A stretch of 64,000 nucleotides of DNA from Mobula hypostoma (Eukaryota). This document shows, piece after piece, positions 25,504 to 38,623 of this stretch. The position numbers were made by a program, and so were the translations under genes. The stretch covers positions 5,952,001 to 6,016,000 of the forward strand of contig NC_086098.1 in the NCBI RefSeq assembly GCF_963921235.1, given 5' to 3'. The notes under the pieces are model-generated. The model made no database searches. It worked only from the letters and a program-made list of their open reading frames with translations, and was not told the origin of the DNA. Position 1 is the first letter of the stretch. Each line of letters opens with the position of its first letter.

Positions 25504-25979
25504 AATAATTTGATCCTAAAATATAATTTGATAATAATTTTTTCTTTGATATAATTTAGCATTGAATCAGAAAGAGCCCTCTCAAACTGGGCTGGATACA
25601 TTCACAATCACATACATTGCAAGAGGTATACAGAGAATCAGCAAATCCAGAGCAATCCAGAGCAACACACTGAAACTGCTGGAGGAACTCAGCAGGTTGT
25701 GGCAGCATCTATGGAAAGGAATAAACAGCTGGCGTTTCAGGCCGTTTCAGGTCATGGTTACAATGCAATGCGAAAAGTTCTGTCTCACAAGATCGTTGAT
25801 GAAGCTTTATGAGGATACTTGATAGCAAGAGTATGTTTATTTTTTTTTTAAAATGGCGCTGAGGGATATGAATAAAAAAGAGCATTTAAAAGTGAAATGA
25901 AGACTATGTGTGTCCGATGGCAAATCAGTTTTGAGACACTGAATGACCTAATTTTATTTTATTTAGCGATACAACATGG

Positions 25980-26557
25980 TAACACGGGTCAGAGTCATCT
26001 CTATTTCCTGAGGAGACTGAGGTCCTTTAACATCTGCCGGATGATGCTGAGGATGTTCTATGAGTCTGTGGTGGCCAGTGCTATCATGTTTGCTGTTGTG
26101 TGCTGGGGCAGCAGGCTGAGGGTAGCAGACACCAACAGAATCAACAAACTCATTCGTAAGGCCAGTGATGTTGTGGGGATGGAACTGGACTCTCTCACGG
26201 TGGTGTCTGAAAAGAGGATGCTGTCTAAGTTGCATGTCATCTTGGTCAATGTCTCCCATCCACTACATAATGTACTGGTTGGGCACAGGAGTACATTCAG
26301 CCAGAGACTCATTCCACCGAGATGCAGCACTGAGCGTCATAGGAAGTCATTCCTGCCTGTGGCCATCAAACTTTACAACTCCTCCCTTGGAGGGTCAGAC
26401 ACCCTGAGTCAATAGGCGGGTCCTGGACTTATTTCCTGGCATAATTTACATATTACTATTTAACTATTTATGGTTTTATTATTATTTATTATTTATGGTG
26501 CAACTGTAATGAAAACCAATTTCCCCCGGGATCAATAAAGTATGACTATGACTATGA
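25980..26557 (+). mobile_element. Rex1/Babar LINE 3' fragment, (ATGACT)n tail
   Basis: LYFLRRLRSFN, FYESVVAS, RKSFLPVAIKLYN. Confidence 0.9.
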
Positions 26558-26637
26558 CAATGACTAACAGGCCTTCCCAGCCCAACAACCCACACAGCCT
26601 CATTACATCCATTTGACCAGTTAACCTTCTAACCATA

Positions 26638-26835
26638 AAAACAAGGCATTCTGCTGACGCTGGAAGACCAGAGCAACCCACACACAAAACGCTGGAGGAA
26701 CCCAGTAAGTCAGGTAACGTCTGTGGAGAGGAAGAAATAGTCAAACGATCTCAGTCCAAAATATTGACTGCTTATTTGTCTCCATAGGTGCTGCTTGACC
26801 TGCTGAGTTCCTCCAGCATTCTGTGTATATTGTTG
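26638..26835. mobile_element. Old fold-back Penelope-derived element
   Basis: gctggaggaacccag...ctgagttcctccagc inverted pLTR ends. Confidence 0.65.
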
Positions 26836-27507
26836 GAAGTAAATGCTCTTTACATGCAGTGTTTGCTAAAAATAGAATTATATTAAAAAAATTGACATCA
26901 CTGAATCATAAAATATTCCATTACACTATCTGATCAAGACCACAGGTATATCCTAAGTGTTACCTTAACCAATGTGCCTGCTGAAGAAATGATAGATTGA
27001 AGTCACTCAGTGCCCAATTTTCTTCTCCAGTGACTTGAATGGAATCTAAAACTGGTAGGTGTATAAAGAGAAGAGTCCATTTGTTGGTATCAAGATTACA
27101 AAAGGCAGGATGATTTAAAATCATTTTCAATTCCTCTAGAATTAAAATACTTTCTCCATTTCATCCTTTCAAAGATCACATTATATATTAAGACACATCC
27201 CTTGCAGACTAGGAAAGTTCTGCTAACACAGATAACAGATGCAAGACCATAAGACATAGGAGCAGAATTAGGCCATTCAACCCATCAAGTCCACCCTGCC
27301 ATTCCATCATGGCTGATTTATTATCTCTCTCATGCTCACTCTCCAGCCTTCTCCCTATAAATGTTGACACCTTGACTAATCAAGAACCTATCAAGCTCCA
27401 CTTTAAATATACTGAATGACTTGGCCATAACACCTGCCCGTGGCAATGAATTCCACAGATTCACAACCCTCTGACAAAAGAGATTCTTCCTCATTTCTGT
27501 TCCAAAT

Positions 27508-27860
27508 CCTCCAAGAAGCCCACAATCTTGTCGTGGTTTGGAGGCTTGCGTGCCTCAATGATCTGGAGAGATATGTTGGCTGGAGTCAGTGCTTTATGCT
27601 TTGGCTCTTGGTAGGGTCACCCATGCCAAACAGGTCAAAGGGTAGAGGCCAGATTAAGAGTGGTCCATCGGTCCTCCAAGTTTGGGGATTCAGCTCAAGG
27701 CTAACAACCCTGACTGGTAAAACTGTTACAGAAACAGCAATGAAGAATCCTTCTGCATCTGAGTGTGATAGCATTCTTGAGTCTCCACACAGAACTTGCA
27801 TGGCTGACAGAAGTGAAAACCAAGCTACTGACATGATGAAGGAAACCCTGAATATTGCTA
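27508..27860 (+). mobile_element. RTE-type LINE 5' region with degenerate HDV-like ribozyme fold
   Basis: cttgtcgtgg..ggcttgcgtgcctcaatg, ggtagggtcacccatgccaaacaggtc, ggctaacaaccc motifs resembling RTE/Expander 5' ends. Confidence 0.6.
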
Positions 27861-27864
27861 GATA

Positions 27865-29810
27865 GACCATAAGATCACAAAACCATAAGATAAGGAGCAG
27901 AATTAGGCAATTTGGCCCATCAAGTACACTCTGACATTTCATCATGGCTGATCCAATTTCCCTCTCAGCCCTAGCCTCCTGCCTTCTCCTCATAATCCCT
28001 TCATGCCATGACCAATGAAGATTCTATCAACCTCCGCCTTAAATATATGTAAAGACTTGGCCTCCAGAGCATCCAGTAGTGACGGATTCCACTGATCACC
28101 ACTCTGGTTAAAGAAATTCCTCCTCACCTCTATTGTAATTGGACATTTCTGTATTCTGAAGCTGTGTCCTCTGGTCCTAGGCTCTCCTACCATTGGAAAC
28201 ATGTGCTCCAGATCTACCAAAGCGAGGCCTTTCAACATTCAATAAGTTTCAATTAGGTCACCTCTCATTCTTCAGTGAATGCAGGCCCAGAGGAATAACA
28301 GCCCAAATGCTCTTCATGTGACAGGCTGTTCATCCTGGAATCACTTTTGTGAATCTCCTTTGAACCCTCTCCAGTTTCAGCATATCCTTTCGAAGATAAA
28401 AGACCCAAAACTGCTCACAGTTCTCCGAGTGAGGCTTCATCGGTGCTTTATAAAGCCTCAACATTATATCGTTACTTTTATATTCTAGTCCCGTCGAAAT
28501 TAATGTTAACATCACATTTACCTTCCTCACCACAGACTCAACCTTCAGGGAATCCTGTACAAGGACTCTCAAATCCCTTGGCACCTCAGATTTTTGAATT
28601 TCCTCTCCATGTAGCAAATAGTCAACACTTTCATTTCTTCTACCAACGTGCATGACCATACACTTACCGACAGTGTATTCCCTCTGCCATTTCTTTGCCT
28701 ATCCTCCTAATCTGTCTAAGTCCTTCAGTAGACTTGCTTCTTCCTCAAAACAACCTGCCCCTCTATCTATCTTTGTTTTGTCCACAAACTTTGCAAAAAA
28801 ACCATCAATTCATTCATCCAAGCCATTACTGTATAACATAAAAAGAATCAGTTCCAACACAAACCCCTGAGGAACATCACTAGTCACCGGCAGCCAAACA
28901 GAAAAGGCTCCCTTTATTCCTATTATTTGTCTCCTGACAATCAGCTGCTGTTTTATTCATGCTAGAATCTTTCCTGTAATACCATCTTAACTTGTAAAGC
29001 AGCCTCATATATGGCACCTTGTCAAAGGCCTTCTGAAAATCCAAGTTCACAACATCAATCGATTCTCCTTTGTCTATCATGTTTGTTATTTCTTCTAAGA
29101 ATTCCAACAGATTTGTCAGGTAGGATTTTCCCTTGAGGAAGCCATGCTGACTATGGCCTATTTTATCATGTGCCTCCAAGTACCCTGAAACCCCATCTGT
29201 AACAATTGACTTTAACATCTTCCCAACAACTGAGGTCAGTCTAACTGGCCTCTAATTTACTTTCTTCTTCCTCTCTCCCTTCTTCAAAAGTAGTGTGATA
29301 TTTGCAATTTTTCAGTCTTGTGGAACCATTTCAGAATATAGTGGTTCTTGAAAAATTATTACTAATGCCTCCACAATCTCTTCGGCTACCTCTTTCAGAA
29401 CCCTGGGGTATCATCCATCTCTTCCAGGTGACTTATCAAAGCTTAGACCTTTCTGTTTCCTAAGAACCTCTCCCTCGTACATCACACTTTTGACCCCTGA
29501 CACTCTTGAACTTCCACCATTTTTGCATCTTCCACAGTGAAGATTGATGCAAAATACTTATTCAGTTCATCTGCCATTTCCTTGTCCCCCATTCCTACTT
29601 CTCCAGCATTGTTTTCCAGGGGTCTGATATCTACTCTAGCTACTCTTTTTCACTTTATGTATCTGAAGTAACTTTTGGTATCCGCTTTAACATTATTGGC
29701 TCGCTTACTTTGGTCACCTATTTTTTTTCCTTCTTAATGACTTATTTTAATTGTCTTCTGTTGGCTTTTAAAAGCTTTCCACTCATCTAACTATGCCCTC
29801 TCTTTGGCTT
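27865..29810 (-). mobile_element. Degraded CR1 LINE RT region
   Basis: [39 protein letters not shown]. Confidence 0.9.
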
Positions 29811-29972
29811 TTTTGGGTGGAGGACCTTCATTGCTGCCCTAAATACCAGTGGCATAACAGGCAATGGGTAGCTCTTTTCTAGATGAACATCCCTCCATTC
29901 TGAGGCTGTGTCACCTGATTCTAGACTCCCCCACTATAGGACGCATCCAATCTATCCAGACCTTTCAATATT

Positions 29973-30757
29973 CATGGTGTGAGCAGAGTTATCTGCAGCT
30001 TAATGTGAAAAAGACTAAGTTGCTGGTGGTAGTCCTGAGGAGAGCTAAGGTACTGGTGACCCCTGTTTCCATCCAGGGGGTCAGTGTGGACATGGTGGAG
30101 GATTACAGATACCTGGGGATACGAATTGACAATAAACTGGACTGGTCAAAGAACGCTGAGGTTGTCTACAAGAAGGGTCAGAGCCGTCTCTATTTCCTGA
30201 GGAGACTGAGGTCCTTTAACATCTGCCAGACGATGCTGAGGATGTTCTATGAGTCTGTGGTGGCCAGTGCTGTTTGTTGTTGTGTGCTGGGGCAGCAGGC
30301 TGAGGGTGGCAGACACCAACAGAATCAACCATCTCATTCGTAAGACCAGTGATGTTGTGGGGGTGGAACTGGACTCTCTGACGGTGGTGTCTGAAAAGAG
30401 GATGCTGTCCAAGTTGCATGCCATCTTGGACAATGTCTCCCGTCCACTACATAATGTACGGGTGAGCACAGGAGTACATTCAGCCAGAGACTCATTCCAC
30501 GGACTTGTAGCACAGAGCGTCATAGGAAGTCATTCCTGCCTGTGGCCATCAAATTTTACAACTCCTCCCTTGGAGGGTCAGACACCCTGTGCCAATAGGC
30601 TGGTCCTGGACTTATTTCATAATTTACTGGCATAATTTACATATTACTATTTAACTATTTATGGTTCTATTACTATTTATTATTTATGGTGCAACTGTAA
30701 TGAAAACCAATTTCCCCCGGGATCAATAAAGTATGACTATGACTATGACTATGACTA
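29973..30757 (+). mobile_element. Rex1/Babar LINE 3' fragment
   Basis: LQLNVKKTK, YKKGQSRLYFLRRLRSF; (ATGACT)n tail. Confidence 0.9.
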
Positions 30758-31282
30758 TTCGATAAGTTTCATTGCGATCCCCTCATTCTTTTAAACTCCC
30801 TGCATTATGTAGAATTCTGTAAAGCTGTTCAAACATAGTCAATGTTATCCACCATAATTACACTACCAGGACTCTCGCTGCTCGTCAATATTTTGTTTTG
30901 TTCATAATTATGACTGCAGCCTCAGTTGTCCACAGCCACCAATTAGCAATGGAAACATGACTTTTCTTCCAGTTTGAATTCTTTTAAAAGGAAAGTATTC
31001 TCTTTTTTTAACACCTCCATTCCAGAATAAAATCCCAACATTATTTTTTAGTAGATAAGAACATAAAGACAATGCAGATGGCCCTGAAGGAATTATCATG
31101 GGCTTACTACACGTTTAGACACAAAACAATTCAGATCAAGTACCTTCTAAAATCTTCTACAGGACCAACCACCACTACTTTACCATTTTCTCTCAGAGTC
31201 TCCCAACGTACAGTCTCTCCTGTGCCTAGTGGCACTTTATAGACAGTAGACAATACATAAGTTATCTAATGTATTTATTTTT

Positions 31283-31585
31283 AAAGGCATCCGTTAGTCT
31301 TGCGAGACCATGGATCTGCGCCTGGAAAGTCTTCACTCTCCAGAGCGCAGGTCTGGGCAAGGTTGTATGGAAGACCAGCAGTTGCCCATGCTGCAAGTCT
31401 CCCCTCTCCACGACACCGATGTTGTCCAAGGGAAGGGCATTAGGACCCATACGGCTTGGCACCAGTGTCGTCACAGAGCAATGTGTGATTAAGTGCCTTG
31501 CTCAAGGACACAACACGTTCCCTCGGCTGGGGCTCGAACTCACGACCTTCAAGTCACTAGTCCAATGCCTTAACCACTTGGCCAC
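31283..31585 (-). mobile_element. tRNA-derived SINE (Pol III A/B boxes, CORE-like segment, RTE-like tail)
   Basis: Minus strand gTGGCCAAGTGGttaagg (A box), GAGTTCGAGCC (B box), then gtgtccttgagcaaggcacttaa. Confidence 0.8.
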
Positions 31586-32112
31586 TCATTTGTTTTTATT
31601 GTGCTATTTATCTTATTGTGTGTTTTCTTTTGTGCTGCATCAGATCCAAACAACAATTATTCTGTTGTCTTTTATATTTGTGTACTGGAAATGGCACTAA
31701 ACAATCCTGCATCTTGATTTTGTAGCAATCAAAAAAATTATCAGTTCCATTTACTTTTTGTTTTCCATTATACACTTTCTTCTTATTCCCTTTTCAACTA
31801 TTAATTTGCAAAGTGATTGAGCATATTCTTTGAGGGTCTGTATGTGTATCCACTACAAAAGGAAAGAAGCTGAATTTCAGTCATCTGCATTGAATGCCGA
31901 TGTTTCAGCCTTAAACAAAGTGGTGCAGCTGAAATCCAGTGAAGGCTCTGTGTGTGCACATTCACCATCACAATGAATGCTTGTAGACTTTTAAAATCGG
32001 CAGAGAAACACTCAGGAAGAATTGACAAATCAAAGTAAATTTAAATTATTTAAATATTGCCTTATGAATCATTTTCAGGTTCAAGTTCTGTGCTCGCTTT
32101 GACTATCAAATC

Positions 32113-33805
32113 CTGGGTTTCTCAACAGGTTCTGTGAGAGATCGGCTGTGAATAACTGCCCAAAACAAGAAAAGGCCAAAGTATATTTAATGTTTTGTCT
32201 TTGTATCTGTAAACAAAAGGTCTGTCTTGGAGGAACTGTGTTGGCATCTGTACTGATGGTACCCCATCAATGGTTGGCTCCATGAGAGATTTTGTTTCTC
32301 TTGTGAAAACAAAATCCTGACATTGTCATAACACACTACTTTCTTCACAGAAAGGTGCTGATGTCAAAAACTCATGGAGATGAAATGAAAAAAATTCTGG
32401 TTAATATTACAAAAATTATTAACTTTACTGACCACTTGAGAATGTTTAAAAACTGTGTGAAAACCTGGACAACAAGTACACCAATCTCCTGATACATACA
32501 GAAATCCGGTGGGTTAGCAGAGGGAGAGTTCACAACAGGATGTTTGAGCTGAAAGGTGAATTGCAGGAGTACTTTCAAGAAAACAGTAGGCCAGATTTTG
32601 CTGAGTGCTTTGAAGATGACGAATGGCTGCAGAAACTAGCCTACTTAACAGACATTTTTCTTCATGAGAACTGGTTGAACAAATCTCTGCAAGGCCCTGG
32701 AGAAAATATTTTGACTTCAAGTAAGTCACAAGATTCTTGGATTTAAAAGGAAACAGAATCTTTAAAAAATCATGTTGCAAAAGGAAGGTCTTGAGTCTTA
32801 TTGAAAACCAGTTGGAAGAACAAAATACAACTGTATTTTCCCTCCTTTTCGATGAAGTGAATGACTGGCTGAGGGACGCTTTCTCTGAACTTTCTGCTCA
32901 GCCTGAGTCCTTGACTCTGAGAGAAGAGGAAGAACTTTGTGAGCTGTACTGTGATCGGACACTAAAGATGAGATTCATTGACCTGCCTCTGGATTTCTGT
33001 GGAAGAAAAGTATCCTGCCATTTATAGGAAAGCAATGAACATTTTGCTGTAGCTTTCAACTTCTTGTATGTGTGAACAAGCTTTTTCTTATTTAAAAAGC
33101 ATCATGAGCAAGGACAGAAATAATTTTGTTTCAATTGAAGGTGAAACCCATGTGTACTTACCTCAAGTTTGATCCAGAATTGAGCATTTGTGCAGCAAAA
33201 AACAAGCACAGGTTTCACATGCTAGGCCTTTATTTGAGCCTGATCATGTCACTTAGTAAGAAAATGCTTTTTCAAAGTCTTGCATAAAATTGGAGTCTTG
33301 TATAAAATTGTGTTTTAGGCCTTATTTTTATTCATATTGCTTTGGCTTATGGTTTTTAGTAACTTTACTAATCAACATTGTCAATAAATTTTCATGTTGT
33401 AAATAGAATTAATAAAATCAATTTACAACCTTTATTTAAATTAAATCTACTAAGCCTACCTTAAGAAAAATTAAATCCCATTTTGGCTTAAGCCAATTAG
33501 TTAACAGAAATTTATTATGTTTCCCTTATGAGCTTTTAAAATTTATGAAAGGGAAAGAAAGCGATTAATTTCGAGAAAATTATGCTAAGCTTAACTACCT
33601 GTTTTTTTTCAAGAAAAGTTGGCTAAAAAACCATTTTCTACTCAAAAGAGCATTGACAATTATTTTTGGATTTTTATATCCACAATTTTACTGATCACAC
33701 TAATGTATCATGAGCTGTAGATATAACAATTTTTATGCAGGGGTTCCTTGAGACCTGAAAATTACTTCAAGGGTTCCTCCATGGCAAAAAGGTTGAGAAA
33801 GGCTG
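32113..33805 (+). mobile_element. Degraded hAT (Buster/Charlie-like) DNA transposon with transposase relic
   Basis: CTDG.PSMVG, WLQKLAYLTDIF..LNKSLQG; TIR-like ctgggtttctcaac / gttgagaaaggctg. Confidence 0.85.
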
Positions 33806-33809
33806 GTCA

Positions 33810-35255
33810 AAACATAGAGGAGCCGTTATGAACTCCCAAGGCCTCCAATGATCCTTGATTTCAGTCTCTGAGGCTGACATGTAAACAGCCTTCAGGAGAG
33901 TAGCTGACCCAGATGGAGCACCTGGCCAGGTACTAAGGAGCTGAGCTGATCAACTGGCTGGTGTGTTCACTGACATCTTTAACCTATCACTTCTGCAGTG
34001 TGTGGCAGCCACCTGCTTCCAGCAGACTTCACTCATATCGACGCCTAAAAAGAACACAGTAACCTGTCTCAATGACGACCATCCAGTAGCACTCACATCG
34101 AGAGCGAGGAAATGTTTTGAGAGGGTGGTGATGAAACATATCAACTCCTGTCTGAGAAGCATCTTGAATGCACTTCAACCTGCCTATTCAAGCAACAGAT
34201 TTACAGCAGATGCCATCTCATTGCCTCTTCACTCAGCCCTGGAATATCTAGATAGCAACGATGCATACATCAGGATGCTCTTTATCAACTACAGCTTGGA
34301 ATTCAAGACTATCATCCCCTCAAAACTAATCAGTGAGCTTCAAGACATTGGCATCAATACCTTTACTTTTATACGTTACTTCACATTTTATTGTCGCCAA
34401 ACAATTGATACTAGAACGCACAATCATCACAGCGATATTTGATTCTGCGCTTCCTGCTCCCTGGATTACAAATCGGTAGTAAATGTTAAAAATTTAAATT
34501 ATAAATCATAAATAGAAAATAGAAAAATGGAAAGTAAGGCAGTGCAAAAAAATTGAGAGGCAGGTCCGGATATTTGGAGGGTACGGCCCAGATCCGGGTC
34601 GGGATCCGTTCAGCAGTCTTATCACAGTTGGAAAGAAGCTGTTCCCAAATCTGGTCGTACAAGTCTTCAAGCTTCTGAGCCTTCTCCCGGAGGGGAGAGG
34701 GACGAAAAGTGTGTTGGCTGGGTGGGTCGTGTCCTTGATTATCCTGGCAGCACTGCTGTGACAGCATGCGGTGTGAAGTGAGTCCAAGGACGAAAGATTG
34801 GTTTGTGTGATGTGCTGCGCCATGTTCACGATCTTCTGCAGCTTCCTCCGGTCTTGGACAGGACAACTTCCATACCAGGTTGTGATGCACTCTAGAAGAA
34901 TGCTTTCTACGGTGCATCTATAAAAATTAGTGAGGGTTTTAGGGGACAGGCCAAATTTCTTTAGTTTTCTCAGGAAGTAAAGGCGCCGGTGGGCCTTTGG
35001 ATCCTCAATTTCCTCACTTTCACACTCCAGTCAGTGTGGATTAGCAACAAAATCTCCTCTACAATCTCCATTAGCAAAGGTGCACCTCAGGGCTGTGTGC
35101 TTAACTCCCTGTTCTACCCTTATGAATGTGTGGCGATGCACAGCTCCAATGCCATATTCGAGGCTGCTGATGACACAACTGTCATAAGCCAAATAGAAGG
35201 TGGTGATGAATCAGCATATAGGAGGGTGATTGAAAATCTGCCTGAGTGGTGTGGT
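33810..35255 (+). mobile_element. Degraded Rex1/Babar RT fragment interrupted at 34362-34988
   Basis: FTDIFNLSL, CLNDDHPVALTS, GAPQGCVL, ADDTTV. Confidence 0.85.
34362..34988 (-). mobile_element. Rex1/Babar LINE 3' fragment
   Basis: IIKDTTHPANTLFVPLPSGRRLRS..RFGNSFFP. Confidence 0.9.
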
Positions 35256-35264
35256 GTCATTGAA

Positions 35265-36910
35265 ACACAGAACACCTACAGCACAATACAGGCTCTTCAG
35301 CCCGTAATGCTGTGCCAAACATGTACTTACTTTAGAAATTACCTAGGGTTACCCATAGCCCTCTATTTTACTAAGCCCCATGTACCTGTCCAAGAGCATC
35401 TTAAAAGACCCTATCATATCTGCCTCCACCACCGTCACTGGTAGCCCATTCCAGGCACTCACCACTCTCTGCGTAAAAAACTTTCCTGTTTCCACATCCT
35501 TCCTGTAGTAAGGCGACCAGAACTGAGCACAGTACTCCAAGTGGGGTCTGACCAGGCTCCTATACAGCCGCAAATTTACCTCTCGGCACTTGAACGCAGT
35601 CCCACGATTGATGAAGGCCCATACACTGTACGCCTTCTTAACTACAGAGTCAACCTGCGCAGCAGCTTTGAGTGTCCTATGGACTCGGACTCCAAGATCC
35701 CTCTGATCCTCCACACTGCCAAGAGTCTTACTATTAATATTATATTCCGCCATCATATTTGACCTACCAAAATGAACCACCTCACACTTATCTGGGTTGA
35801 ACTCCATCTGCCACTTTTCAGCCCTGTTTTGCATCCTCTCAATGTCCCGCTGTAAACTCTGACAGACCTCCACACTATTCACAACACCCCCCACCTTTGT
35901 GTCATCAGCAAATTTCCGGTGACCAGTGGTGTGCCTCGGGGATCTCTTCTGGGACCCCTACTCTTTGTGATTTTTATAAATGACCTGGATGAGGAAGTGG
36001 AGGGATGGGTTAGTAAATTTGCTGATGACACAAAGGGTGTTGTGGATAGTGTGGAGGGCTGTCAGAGGTTACAGCGGGACATTGATAGGATGCAAAACTG
36101 GGCTGAGAAGTGGCAGATGGAGTTCAACCCAGATAAGTGTGAAGTGATTCATTTTGGTAGGTCAAATATGATGGCAGAATATAGTATTAATGGTAAGACT
36201 CTTGACATTGTGGAGGATCAGAGGGATCTTGGGGTCTGAGTCCATAGGACACTCAAAGCTGCTGCGCAGGTTGACTCTGTGGTTAAGAAAGCATACGGTG
36301 CATTGGCCTTCATCAATCGTGGGATTGAGTTTTAGAGCCAAGAGATAATGTTGCAGCTATATAGGACCCTGGTCAGACCCGACTTGGAGTATTGTGCTCA
36401 ATTCTGGTTGCCTTACTACAGGAAGGATGTTGGAACCATAGAAAGTGTGCGGAGGAGATCTACAAGGATTTTTCCTGGATTGGGGAGCCTGCTTTATGAG
36501 AATAGGTTGAGTGAACTCATCCTTTTCTCCTTGGAGCGACGGAGGATGAGAGGTGACCTGATAGAGGTGTATAAGATGATGAGAGGCATTGATCGTGTGG
36601 ATAGTCAGAGGCTTTTCCCCAGGGCTGAATTGGCTAGCACGAGAGGGCACAGTTTTAGGGTGCTTGGAAGTAGGTACAGAGGAGCTGTCAGGGGTAAGTC
36701 TTTTATGCAGAGAATGGGCTGCCGGCAGCAGTGGTGGAGGTGGAAATGATAGAGTTTTTAGAAGTCTCCTATATGGATACATGGAGCTTCGAAAGATAGA
36801 AGGCTATGGGTAAGCCTATGTATTTCTAAGGTAAGGACATATTCAGCACAGCTTTGTGGGCCGAAGGGCCTGTATTGTGCTGTAGGTTTTCTATGTTTCT
36901 ATGTTTCTAT
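35265..36910. mobile_element. Head-to-head pair of CR1 3' fragments (minus to ~35915, plus from ~35916)
   Basis: ORFs 35349-35894(-) and 35919-36749(+) encode overlapping RT C-terminal regions. Confidence 0.9.
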
Positions 36911-37744
36911 GATGGCCGTCCTTAAAAACTACACGCAAATTCCTACTTTCTCCCCCTAACCTTTGACGCTCTTACTCATCTAGAACCTCTCAACCTCCAC
37001 TTTATGTGTATTCAATGACTTGGCCTCCACAGCCATCTGTGGCAATGAATTTCACAGATTCACCACCCATCCACAGATGGTTTTACACTCACAGTTTCAG
37101 CTTCATGAAGTGGTCTTCAATTATAAACCGATATTTTTAGAATTACTCTTGAATTTATTGTCTGATATCTGTATTTAGAAATAATGAACCACAAAGAGAA
37201 CAAATTGATTAAATTGTTCTAATTCTTAAAATATTTTCTGATTTTATTTTGACAAATTTCACTCAGTTCTATGTTAAATATCTACCAGTGTTTCTCAGTG
37301 TGAATTTCCAAATAATCAAAAAATTCTAATCACTGTACCCACACTCTGGATTAATAAGTGTGTCAATATGGGCACAGGGTTAAATCGCATTGGCTGTTTA
37401 ATGTGGCAGAATAATAGCTTTGCTATTTGCACTGCTGTCTCGGACAGGGCATTCACTACGAGCACAAGCTGGACTCACTGCTGTTGAGACACTCCTCTGC
37501 TCTCAGCTTTCTGAAATAATTAAAAACAGGTGTCCAGGCATCCTTACCAAACAAAGCAAGAAGTCCCATCCACACCAACCCCATTTCCCTGCACCGAGGG
37601 AGCCACAGAACAGACATGGTCAGACTTTAGCTGATCTTCAGTGCACAGTCTCCAAAGGAACAATGATTGAATATATTAAAATGAGCAACTTTATCTGAAT
37701 CTTCAGAACAAGAAAAGGGTTTGGATTTATTTATTTAGAGTTTT

Positions 37745-37992
37745 AGTGTGGAAAGGACCTTTCTGGCCCAACTAGCCACACTATTTCAGTTGTTTCTCAT
37801 CAGCCCCCAATTTAACACTAACCCAATCACAGGACAATTTTCAATGAACAATTAACCTACGAACCTGTCCATCTTTGGAATGTAGGAGGAAACCCACAAA
37901 GCCATGGGGAGAACGTACAAATGGAGGGTGTTGGAATCAAACTCCAAACTCTGATGCTCTGAGCTGTGACAATGTCACACTAACCACTATGC
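37745..37992 (-). mobile_element. V-SINE, degraded
   Basis: ctttggaatgtaggaggaaaccc; similar to 58260-58500. Confidence 0.55.
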
Positions 37993-38305
37993 AAAGCTAT
38001 CATAGTGCCTCGTGATAGTGACTGAGTGTGCATGTAAAATGATGTTTTTCTCAAATTGTTGATTAGTGAAGATTTTTTAAATAATTAATCAGAATGGCAC
38101 TATTTTACTATTAGCTATTTTCCTTTTTGACACAACAGTTTTATACATTTTTCAGAGTCAAAATCAGTGTTAATATTGACAAATTGTGAAATTTGTTGTT
38201 TTGCAGCAGTGGTATATTGCGAAACCTCGTAATACTATAAATTTTACATATAAATGTAAATTTAAATTAAACTGCAAAAAGAAAACAGGAAAATTGAGGT
38301 AGTGT

Positions 38306-38623
38306 GTTTGTAGTGTTGTTCTCTGAGCCTGGGGGTTAGGTCACAAATGTTTCATCACCAGCCGAGGTGACATCATCAGTGCACAATTGAGAGTTGTTAC
38401 TGCCGAGTGCTCGTATTTACGTTTGTACATTGGTCCGCCTCTTTGTTCTGATTGCTTGGTCGTCGGCTGGGTCCAGGCCAATTGGATAGCTGAGTGATCA
38501 CCGCTGGACTGTATCCCTGATTATCAGTGATTGTGAATGTTAGCTCACCCCTCAGCCCTGACCCCACAGACGCATGGGTTTGTAAGTCATGTCCAGTTCA
38601 ATATGCTTGCTAGTAGTCTTCCG
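38306..38623 (-). mobile_element. Short Penelope-like insertion of a second family with hammerhead-like motif
   Basis: Perfect 12-bp TSD ttgaggtagtgt (38294-38305, 38624-38635); CTGATGA..GAAAC on minus strand; KHIELDMTY C-terminal relic. Confidence 0.7.

Noticed and set aside
31525..31585. Possible tRNA gene
   Set aside because: Has A/B boxes but no complete cloverleaf, and continues into a SINE body.
31830..31976. Short plus-strand open frame in unique sequence
   Set aside because: No convincing acceptor or recognisable homology; length expected by chance.
32200..33230. Domesticated ZBED/FAM200-like host gene
   Set aside because: Multiple stops and frameshifts, and flanking TIR-like ends indicate a dead transposon.
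37479..37510. 32-nt minus-strand micro-exon (tttcag...gtgagt)
   Set aside because: Splice signals only; no recognisable peptide or partner exon.
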